This document shows positions 35,140-43,259 of a stretch of DNA of 49,737 nt, piece by piece (position 1 is the first letter of the stretch; each line of letters begins with the position of its first letter). The stretch is from an uncultured Oscillospiraceae bacterium (GTDB lineage Bacteria; Bacillota; Clostridia; Oscillospirales; Oscillospiraceae). The notes under the pieces were generated by a model. It was not told the DNA's origin and ran no database searches. It saw only the letters and a list, made by a program, of their open reading frames with translations. The position numbers and the translations under genes were made by a program. The stretch is from the NCBI GenBank assembly GCA_944387825.1, contig CALXGL010000009.1:1-49737 (forward strand). The letters run 5' to 3'.

Positions 35140-35185
35140 AAATATGACATATAAATCAAATATGACGTATGCATATGTCATATTT
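35140..35185 (+). promoter_or_regulatory. Three copies of an 11-bp motif (two direct, one inverted): candidate AraC/PocR operator
   Basis: AAATATGACAT (35140-35150), AAATATGACGT (35158-35168) and the inverted ATGTCATATTT (35175-35185). Copies 2 and 3 form a 28-bp near-palindrome centred on TGCA. Confidence 0.5.
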
Positions 35186-35207
35186 GAGGACTATTTTGAA
35201 TATTTAC

Positions 35208-35258
35208 TTTGCAGCAGCGCTTTTATATCCTAAATGTAGAAAGCGCAGCTGCTGCAAA
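35208..35258 (+). other. Long leader hairpin between the operator repeats and the RBS of the first hydrolase gene
   Basis: TTTGCAGCAGCGCTTT ... AAAGCGCAGCTGCTGCAAA, a 16 bp stem with a 3-nt bulge, followed by an A-run rather than a T-run. Confidence 0.5.
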
Positions 35259-35283
35259 AAAACTATAAAAGGAAGGGATGAAA

Positions 35284-37494
35284 ATGAAAAAGTTCTTCAA
35301 GTCGCATCTGTTTACGGCTGTTATGTGCCTGTGCCTTGTGGTTATGCTGATAACCGGACTTGTCGTTTCCGGGACGCTGTCGGACCACGGGGACTACATT
35401 GTGCGAGAAACGAGAATACAGAACGACGGCTACACTCTGACCGGTACGCTGTATGTACCCAAGGCTGCGCTTGAGAAGGACGACGATATTACATCGTACA
35501 AGAATGGAAACAACACCAATAAAGTGCCCGCAATCATCACGCATGGCGGAGGAAGCGCGAACAGATACTTCCAGCAGAATCACATTGTCGAACTCGTGAA
35601 GAGGGGCTTCGCCGTATTTGCGATAGACGCCTACACTCACGGGGAATCCGACAATTACACCGAGGGCTGGGGCATCTATTCACATGTGCATGACGCCGTC
35701 GAATACGTCCACAGCCTGAACTTCGTAGACGACGCCCAGGTGGGCTACGTGGGACATTCGCAGGGCGGCAGCGCCACAATGATGGCGCTTAAAGTTTATG
35801 CGGGCTATTATACGCTGGAAGACGAGCTCTTCAATATGCTGCACGACGAACTGGGAGTTGAGATCACGCGTGAGCAGGTCGAAGCCCAGGACCCCGACGC
35901 GGTTGCAGCCGGGCTCGACGAGCATGACCGCGGATACTACGAGGGACGCAAGATTGAGATAACGGAGAGCTATAACGACCTTCGCATAAGCTTTGGCGTA
36001 ATGGAAGGCATGGCCACCGGCACCGCGCCTCCGATAACCTCCGGAGAGAGGAACAATGTTGACCCGATGGTGGTCGAGGTAGGCGGAGTGCCCGTAATGA
36101 GGGATATACAGGCCAATATATGCACCTCCATAGCGTCAACCGACGAGTCCACCGGAGTAAACGCGCTTGGAGGACTGGGGATTTCCGGCACGGACGAACT
36201 GCCCGAGGCCGAAATAACCCGCACCTTCTATGGCACGGGCGAGGAACCGGTTGCGCTAGACACGCTCTATTCTGTGAATATGTCGTCCACGGAGGAGCGG
36301 CTTGCGAGCACGGTGATAGGAACATTCGATGAAAACAGCTGGCAGGATGCCGCCGTGCAGGAGGCCGCGGCAAACAAGACGCTGCGCCTGCTCGTCATGT
36401 ATCCCGGCTGGCACAACACCAACCACTATTCTGAGACCGACATAAGCACGGTGGCCAACTTCATGTCCATCGCAGCCGGATATAATAACGGCTATATCTC
36501 CGAAACCGGCGGCGAAAATGCCGCGGCGTTCGGCGACACCGGCACGTGGAAGACCACGGTCGCGTTCAATGCCATCGCTTTCATTGCGGCCATAATCTTC
36601 TGCGTATCGCTGCTCGCGGTGCTGCTCAGGACCAGATCCTTTGAGTGCGCCTGCAATGAGCTTCCGGCCCCGCAGGCCAGCGCAAAATCGCCGCTTACCT
36701 GGGTGTTTACTCTGGTAGTCGTCATCCTGCCGGTGCTTTTAATAACGCCGCTGATGAACAACAGCCTGATGCCCTCGTCCTGGTTCGCAAAGTTCGACCG
36801 CATAAATCCCATAGCCTTCTGGTCGATGAGCTGCGCCGTAATACTGCTTGTGCTCATAATCATCAAGTGGAATGTGCTGGACAAGAAGAATACTGCGCTG
36901 AAGTTCAGAGATTATTACGGCCTGCGCTGCAGCGTGAAATCCGTGCTGCTTACGCTGCTCGCGGTGTTCCTCGTAAGCGTGGCCCTGACGGACGTCATCA
37001 ATCTCTATTACAAGGCGTTTAACGGCGCGAACTTCATGATAGCGCTGCCGCTGCTGAATATACCCATCCAGCTCACGCCTATATCTGCCGACAGGTACAT
37101 AGACTGGGTGTGCTATTTCCTGTATTTCCTGCCGTACTGGATAGTGGGCGGCATGCTTGTAAATTCGGCCCGCATGAAGGATATGCCCGGCTGGCTGAAC
37201 ACAATAATTCTAGCTCTGCTCAACTTCCTGCCGATTGCCGTATTCATTTACGTACAGTACTTCGGCTATCTGGGCAACGGAGGCACAGCGCCCGTCCTCG
37301 GATTGAACTGGGCCACGATAATTCAGATGCAGGGCCTTGTCCTGATAGTTCCCATAGCGGTTATTGTCTCCAGGGTGATGTATAAGCGCACGGGCTCCTG
37401 CCTGACCGGCGCGATACTTAACTCCATGATGTTCTCTCTGCCGTTCATGTGCAACGTGATTGCGTATACCGTCAGCAGTATGCCCAGTCAATAA
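35284..37494 (+). CDS. Membrane-anchored alpha/beta serine hydrolase fused to a C-terminal eight-helix membrane module (paralogue A)
   Basis: N-terminal anchor, THGGGS, and nucleophile elbow GHSQGG (Ser codon 35758-35760). There is a conserved GWHNT His and about 300 aa of C-terminal hydrophobic helices. RBS AGGAAGGG favours the ATG at 35284 over 35278. Confidence 0.8.
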   Translation: MKKFFKSHLFTAVMCLCLVVMLITGLVVSGTLSDHGDYIVRETRIQNDGYTLTGTLYVPKAALEKDDDITSYKNGNNTNKVPAIITHGGGSANRYFQQNHIVELVKRGFAVFAIDAYTHGESDNYTEGWGIYSHVHDAVEYVHSLNFVDDAQVGYVGHSQGGSATMMALKVYAGYYTLEDELFNMLHDELGVEITREQVEAQDPDAVAAGLDEHDRGYYEGRKIEITESYNDLRISFGVMEGMATGTAPPITSGERNNVDPMVVEVGGVPVMRDIQANICTSIASTDESTGVNALGGLGISGTDELPEAEITRTFYGTGEEPVALDTLYSVNMSSTEERLASTVIGTFDENSWQDAAVQEAAANKTLRLLVMYPGWHNTNHYSETDISTVANFMSIAAGYNNGYISETGGENAAAFGDTGTWKTTVAFNAIAFIAAIIFCVSLLAVLLRTRSFECACNELPAPQASAKSPLTWVFTLVVVILPVLLITPLMNNSLMPSSWFAKFDRINPIAFWSMSCAVILLVLIIIKWNVLDKKNTALKFRDYYGLRCSVKSVLLTLLAVFLVSVALTDVINLYYKAFNGANFMIALPLLNIPIQLTPISADRYIDWVCYFLYFLPYWIVGGMLVNSARMKDMPGWLNTIILALLNFLPIAVFIYVQYFGYLGNGGTAPVLGLNWATIIQMQGLVLIVPIAVIVSRVMYKRTGSCLTGAILNSMMFSLPFMCNVIAYTVSSMPSQ

Positions 37495-37525
37495 GCATAA
37501 GGTCAAAAAGAAAGGGTGAAAAAGT

Positions 37526-39634
37526 GTGAAAAAAGAAAAACTGTTCACATTGAAAACGCTGCGGGGCTGCATGAGGCTGTTCGCGCTGATGCTGTGCCTG
37601 GTGCTCGTTTTCAGCTTCGTCGCCCGTCTGATTTCAACGGACGGCGGCAAAGTAAAGATCAGCCGTGTGTCTATCGATTCGAGGGGCGCAATCATAGACG
37701 CGGACCTCTATTATCCCGTCGGAACCGACGACACGGATAAGCTGCCTGCGGTAATCGTAGCGCATGGCGGCGGCGTGGAAAAGGGCGTCGTCCGCGGAAC
37801 GGCCGAGGAGCTGGCCAGAAGGGGCTTCGTTGTCCTGAATCCCAATGCCTATGGCGTCTCCATGAGCGAGCAGCCTGTGTATGACGAAGGCGGCCAGGGC
37901 ATAGACGGCTTCAACAACCAGCTTACGCCCAGCGGCATCTACGACTGCCTGACCTTCCTCAGGACGCTCAACTTCGTCGATCAGACCCGAATAGGCCTGA
38001 CCGGTCACTCCATGGGCTCCAGGCGTACGGCCTACGCCAGCATCATGGACTGCGGCCACTACACTTATAACGACCTCATGATAAATGTTCTGTATGATAC
38101 CTTCGGACAGACCTTTACAGAGGAAGAAATCACTATGGACGCCGACGCTCTGGCCGCCGAAAGGCTCAATGAAGACCAGCTGAAGCACTATAACGAACTC
38201 AAGGAAGAGACAAGGACCTATTACGATACCAGGGTCAAAGCCCTTTGCCTTATGGGCAGCGACGCCAACCTTATCGGCATACCCGAAACCGTGACGGTCG
38301 GCGGACATGAAGTCGTCCGCAACTGCCAGGTCAATATAGGCATAGTAGACGGCCAGTGGGACTATAGCTACAGGGACTACCCCGAGCGCGACACCACGAA
38401 GGAGGCCTGGCACACCGAGGACATTCAGGCCGAGACCTGGTACTCCATTGACGACGTCAACGGCACCAGCACGCTTATTGGCAGCATCAGCGAAGTCCAG
38501 GCTCAGGATAACGAGGAGTTCCAGTCGGCTCTCTACAACCGCACCCTCAGGAGCTTCCAGCTCAACAAGGAGACCCATTCCAAGAACTTCTTCTCCAACG
38601 CCACTACCTCCGACGTGGTAAAATTCTTTGAGCAGACTCTTGGATACAATAACGGCGAGCTTGGCGCAGCCGACGCCAACCCGGTATCCGCCGACAGCAT
38701 GATTTTCATGGTCCGTGAGGTCTTCAACTTCCTCGCGATGCTGGCCATGGTCGGCATGCTTATGCCTCTGGCAGGCATGCTGCTCAACTGCAAGTTCTTC
38801 AAGCCCTGCACCGCTGCCGTGAGCGTCAAGGTCTCGGCTCCGGTGAACAAAAAGAAATACTGGCTGTTTGCGCTGCTGGGCATTGTCATCGAGTTCATAG
38901 CCATACATCTTGCGAACGGAGTATTCGTGCCCGGCCTGCCTGCCACAAGCTTCCTGCCGTTCTTCCCGAGCTGGTGGCTGACCTTCATATTCATTGCGAT
39001 TCTCGCAGTTGGCTCCGCCGTCATGCTTGTCCTGTTCAAGGTCACCGACAAGCAGAACTGCTCCTTCTCCGCGCTGAACGTAAAGATGAAGGTCGTAAAC
39101 GTGCTCAAGACGGTACTGCTTTCAGCGATACTCCTGGCCGCCGCCTATCTGCTGCTGACTCTGGTAATCGACCTCTTCAACGAGGACTTCCGTCTCTGGA
39201 TGGCTGTGTTCACCGAGATGAAGGTGGAGTACTGGGGCTACGTCTGGAGGTATGCTCTCTGCATGCTGCCGTGCTTCCTGCTCATAGGCGCGAGCACAAA
39301 CTACACCATCCGTACGGACATGGCTCAGTGGAAGGATACGCTTATCACCGTCGTGGTGAACTCTCTCGGCGTATATCTCTGCTGCCTCGTCAACTACCTC
39401 ATGCTCGTCGGCGCCGACAATCTCTGGAGCTCGTTCATCTCCACCTACGGCATGCTGGTGATTGTGCCCATTACGGTCTACATTACCAGGAAAATGTACC
39501 TGCTCACCAACAGCATCTGGCTCGGCGCTCTTACGAACGCCTTCCTCGTCAGCTGGACTATCTGCTCGGCTATGGGCCTCAACTGCAACATATATAACGC
39601 GCAGACCTGGTTCAGCAACTTCTTCAGCCTGTAA
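37526..39634 (+). CDS. Membrane-anchored alpha/beta serine hydrolase fused to a C-terminal eight-helix membrane module (paralogue B, diverged)
   Basis: N-terminal anchor, AHGGGV, GHSMGS (Ser codon 38009-38011), ETHSK His and a C-terminal polytopic module. GTG start. Confidence 0.8.
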   Translation: MKKEKLFTLKTLRGCMRLFALMLCLVLVFSFVARLISTDGGKVKISRVSIDSRGAIIDADLYYPVGTDDTDKLPAVIVAHGGGVEKGVVRGTAEELARRGFVVLNPNAYGVSMSEQPVYDEGGQGIDGFNNQLTPSGIYDCLTFLRTLNFVDQTRIGLTGHSMGSRRTAYASIMDCGHYTYNDLMINVLYDTFGQTFTEEEITMDADALAAERLNEDQLKHYNELKEETRTYYDTRVKALCLMGSDANLIGIPETVTVGGHEVVRNCQVNIGIVDGQWDYSYRDYPERDTTKEAWHTEDIQAETWYSIDDVNGTSTLIGSISEVQAQDNEEFQSALYNRTLRSFQLNKETHSKNFFSNATTSDVVKFFEQTLGYNNGELGAADANPVSADSMIFMVREVFNFLAMLAMVGMLMPLAGMLLNCKFFKPCTAAVSVKVSAPVNKKKYWLFALLGIVIEFIAIHLANGVFVPGLPATSFLPFFPSWWLTFIFIAILAVGSAVMLVLFKVTDKQNCSFSALNVKMKVVNVLKTVLLSAILLAAAYLLLTLVIDLFNEDFRLWMAVFTEMKVEYWGYVWRYALCMLPCFLLIGASTNYTIRTDMAQWKDTLITVVVNSLGVYLCCLVNYLMLVGADNLWSSFISTYGMLVIVPITVYITRKMYLLTNSIWLGALTNAFLVSWTICSAMGLNCNIYNAQTWFSNFFSL

Positions 39635-39657
39635 TAAGAGGAAAACCGGACTCATTG

Positions 39658-39683
39658 CAGGAGCCGCCAAGCGGCGGCTCCTG
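39658..39683 (+). other. GC-rich intercistronic hairpin without a U-tract
   Basis: CAGGAGCCGCC-aagc-GGCGGCTCCTG, an 11-bp perfect stem 24 nt after the paralogue B stop. Confidence 0.5.
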
Positions 39684-39750
39684 TGTCATAAGCAAAACGG
39701 GCAGCAAACATAAAGCAAATATTTACAGCCGCGCTGAGGAGGGAACGTAA

Positions 39751-41943
39751 ATGAAAAGCTGGCTTAAAAGCAATCCTTTTGTATCGATTTTGTGTATATG
39801 CCTTGTGGTGATGTTTGTAACGGGCCTTGTCGTGTCAAATACCTTGACAGACAATGGGAATTACCTTGTAAAAGAGACCAGAATTCAGAAAGACGGCTAT
39901 ACGCTCGCGGGCACGCTGTTTATACCCAAAGCGGCGCTTGAAAAAGACGGAGACGTCACAGCGGCCAAAAATGGAAACAATGTCAACAAAGTTCCCGCCG
40001 TCATAACTCTCGGCGGCGGCACGGCGAACCGGTATTTCCAGCAGAACCATGTGGTTGAGCTGGTCAAGCGCGGATTCGTTGTGTTCGCCATAGACGCGTA
40101 CAATCATGGCGAGTCCGATGATTTCTCGGGCTGGAAAGTATATTCGCACATCCATGACGCGCTCGAATACGTCCACAGCCTCAACTATGTGGACGACGCG
40201 CAGGTCGGCTTCTTCGGGCACTCGCAGGGCGGCAGCGCAACTATGCAGGCGCTTAAAAACTATGCCGGGTACTATACGCTGGAGGACGAAATCCTGAACA
40301 TGCTGCACGACGAGCTGGGAGTCGAGGTCACGCGTGAACAGGTGGAAGCTCAGGACCCGGACGCTGTGGCTCAGGTGCTCGATGAGCACGACCTGGGCTA
40401 TTACGAGGCGAGGAAACAGGAAATAATAGACAGCTACAACGACATGCGCGTCAGCTTCGGCGTCATGGAGGGCATGGCAAACGGCTCCGCGCCTCCCATA
40501 GGCTCCGGTGAGACGAACGACGTAACCCCGACGGTCGTAGAGGTGGCCGGGGTGCCCGTGTTCAGGGACATCCAGGCTAATATAGCCACCTCCATGTCGC
40601 TCACCGACGAAACCGTAGGCGTGAACGCGATTGGATTTATGGGCCTGGACGGCGCGGACGAGCTGCCCTCAGCCGAGTCTATCCGAGCTCTGTACGGCAC
40701 CGGCGAAGACGCCGTTGAGCTTGGCATGCTTTACTCCGTGAATATGTCTTCCACGGAAGAGCAGCTTTTGAGCACGGCGCTGGGCGAATTCAACGCCGAT
40801 ACTTGGGCAGGCGAGGAAGCCGCGCAGGCCGCGGCCGACAAGAGCCTGAGGCTCATGGTAATGTACCGCGGCTGGCACAACACAAGCCACTACAGCCAGC
40901 TGGATATAAGCACCGTGGCGAGCTTCATGACTCTGTCCACCGGCTTCAACAACGGCTACGTCGCTGAGACCGGCGGCTCCGGAGCCATAGGCTTTGATGA
41001 TGTGGGCACGTGGAAGGTTACAACGGCCGGAAACGCGGTTGCGTTTTTCGCGCTGATAATCTTTGCGCTCAGCTTCCTGTGCGCCGTTATAAAGACGCCG
41101 ACCTTCGCCGCCGCGGACAGGGCTGTGGTCGAGGCTCCGGCGAGCAGGAAGTCTCCGATGGCATGGATATCCATGATATTCTTCGTCGTACTGCCGGTTG
41201 TGCTTATGCCGGTGATAATGAACAACAGCCCGATTAAGTCGTCCTGGATTACGAGGTTCGAAGAGATTAACGCCATAGTCTTCTGGGCTCTCTGCTGCGC
41301 GGTAATCCTGCTTGCGCTGATAATACTCAAGTGGAATCTTTACGACAAAAAGCGCGTGAGCATAAGCTTCAGGGACTTCTATGGCCTTAACTGCAATGTC
41401 AAATCGGTGCTGTTTATGCTGCTCGCCGTGTTTTTTACCGCGGTGACGGTCATTGTCGTGATAAACATCTACTCGCAGACCTTCAGCAGCGCCAACTTCA
41501 TGATAGCGATGCCGTATCTGAACGTCCCCATGATGTTCACGCCGGTGTCGGCCGGCAGGTATCTGGACTGGATTTGCCTCTTTATAACATTTATTCCGTA
41601 CTGGATTATCGGAGGCATGCTTGTCTGCTCGGCCAGAATGAAAGACATGCCAAACTGGCTGAACACCATAATCCTCACAATAATCAACTTTATACCCGTC
41701 GCCATATTCGTGTATGTGCAGCATTTCGGGTATAACGGCAACGGCGGAACACAACCTGTGCTCGGAATAAACTGGGGCGTGCTTATCAACATGTCCAGTC
41801 TGGTTCTCGTCATACCGGTGTCCGTGGTTATGTCGAGGGTGATATATAAGCGCACCGGCTCCAGCCTGCCCGGGGCAATATTCAACGCGATGCTCTTTAC
41901 GCTTCCGTACCTGTGCACCTGCCATTCGTGCGCGACGTTTTGA
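39751..41943 (+). CDS. Membrane-anchored alpha/beta serine hydrolase fused to a C-terminal eight-helix membrane module (paralogue C, close to A)
   Basis: N-terminal anchor, TLGGGT, GHSQGG (Ser codon 40222-40224), GWHNT and a C-terminal polytopic module. RBS GAGGAGGG lies 7 nt upstream. Confidence 0.8.
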   Translation: MKSWLKSNPFVSILCICLVVMFVTGLVVSNTLTDNGNYLVKETRIQKDGYTLAGTLFIPKAALEKDGDVTAAKNGNNVNKVPAVITLGGGTANRYFQQNHVVELVKRGFVVFAIDAYNHGESDDFSGWKVYSHIHDALEYVHSLNYVDDAQVGFFGHSQGGSATMQALKNYAGYYTLEDEILNMLHDELGVEVTREQVEAQDPDAVAQVLDEHDLGYYEARKQEIIDSYNDMRVSFGVMEGMANGSAPPIGSGETNDVTPTVVEVAGVPVFRDIQANIATSMSLTDETVGVNAIGFMGLDGADELPSAESIRALYGTGEDAVELGMLYSVNMSSTEEQLLSTALGEFNADTWAGEEAAQAAADKSLRLMVMYRGWHNTSHYSQLDISTVASFMTLSTGFNNGYVAETGGSGAIGFDDVGTWKVTTAGNAVAFFALIIFALSFLCAVIKTPTFAAADRAVVEAPASRKSPMAWISMIFFVVLPVVLMPVIMNNSPIKSSWITRFEEINAIVFWALCCAVILLALIILKWNLYDKKRVSISFRDFYGLNCNVKSVLFMLLAVFFTAVTVIVVINIYSQTFSSANFMIAMPYLNVPMMFTPVSAGRYLDWICLFITFIPYWIIGGMLVCSARMKDMPNWLNTIILTIINFIPVAIFVYVQHFGYNGNGGTQPVLGINWGVLINMSSLVLVIPVSVVMSRVIYKRTGSSLPGAIFNAMLFTLPYLCTCHSCATF

Positions 41944-42015
41944 CCGGTTTTGAGCAGGCAGAATGCGGCGTTGCAGAAACATGCCGGATGAATCTATAAA
42001 GGAACGGAGAAAAAT

Positions 42016-43254
42016 ATGATACTAGATACCTCCAAGTATACTGGATTATGCGAATGCGGAAGGACACATGAGCTGCGCACCAAGCTTGTCGTGTGTGAAG
42101 CCGGGGCGCTGCAGAAATTCGACAAGTATATGCAGGATTGCGGCCTTTCAGGCTTCAGTACCATCATATATGACACAAATACGTACAATTTGCCAGGAGT
42201 AACCCGTCCGGCTGCTGGGCAGGAAATAGTCCTCGATGCGGCGGGCCTGCACAGCGAGAAGGGGCTCATTGAAAACATGATGAAGGACTTCGTCAGAAAG
42301 CCCGACTACGTAGTGGCTGTCGGCGGAGGCACGATAATGGACTTCGGACGGTACAGCGCGTACCAGCTGGGGATACCATTCGTTGCGGTGCCTACAATCG
42401 TGAGTTCTGATGGTTTTACGGCAAATATATGCTCGATTATAATCGACGGCCAGAAGAAATCGATTCCCATGCTCGCGCCGGACGCAGTTATATGCGATTT
42501 GAATGTCGTATCCTCGGCGCCTGAATTCCTTACTGTGGCCGGCGTGCAGGACATTCTGGCAAAGTACATATCCATAGCCGACTGGAAAATAGCCAGTCTG
42601 GTGACAGGCGAATACTTTTGCCCGCGCGTATGCGCAATGGCTCAGGAGGCGCTTGACATCATGGCCGGCTGCGCGGAGGAACTCAGGAGGGGCGAAAAGC
42701 CGGATCATGAGCGGCTCGCCTACGCGCAGATGCTGTCCGGCCTGACCATGCAGATACTCTCCAATTCCCGCGCGGCTTCCGGCGCGGAGCATCTGATTGC
42801 GCACCTTGTTGAAATGAAGCCCAGAGGCTTTGAAAATGCCCACGGACTTCACGGCGAGTGCGTAGGTGTGGGCACGGTAATATGCGCGGAGGAATATCAC
42901 CGCCTGGCCATGAACGAGACTATTGAAACGAAGCCGTTTGAGCCGCTTGACCGGCAGTGGGTGGAATATGTGTTCGGCAGCATGACGGATGGAATCATGA
43001 AGGAAAACGAGAACGACGTACTCATGACCGTTGACACAGAAAAACTCAGGAACTGCTGGCCGGAAATCCGCAGGATAATATCTGAAATACCTTCTGCCGA
43101 TGAAATCAGGACGCTTTTCAAAGAGATTGGAGCAAAATACACCTTGTCTGATCTCGGCATAGACGAGAGCCTGGGGCGGGAGGTCCTGAAAATATCCGCG
43201 GCGATACGCAACCGCATGACCCTGTGCCGGCTTGAACGGCTGATTGTGGAGTGA
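42016..43254 (+). CDS. Iron-containing-ADH-superfamily enzyme, sn-glycerol-1-phosphate dehydrogenase (AraM/EgsA)-like
   Basis: [24 protein letters not shown] and SGAEHLIAH...HGECVGVG match the G1PDH/glycerol dehydrogenase-type nucleotide and metal-binding pattern. 412 aa. Confidence 0.65.
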   Translation: MILDTSKYTGLCECGRTHELRTKLVVCEAGALQKFDKYMQDCGLSGFSTIIYDTNTYNLPGVTRPAAGQEIVLDAAGLHSEKGLIENMMKDFVRKPDYVVAVGGGTIMDFGRYSAYQLGIPFVAVPTIVSSDGFTANICSIIIDGQKKSIPMLAPDAVICDLNVVSSAPEFLTVAGVQDILAKYISIADWKIASLVTGEYFCPRVCAMAQEALDIMAGCAEELRRGEKPDHERLAYAQMLSGLTMQILSNSRAASGAEHLIAHLVEMKPRGFENAHGLHGECVGVGTVICAEEYHRLAMNETIETKPFEPLDRQWVEYVFGSMTDGIMKENENDVLMTVDTEKLRNCWPEIRRIISEIPSADEIRTLFKEIGAKYTLSDLGIDESLGREVLKISAAIRNRMTLCRLERLIVE

Positions 43255-43259
43255 TGCAG

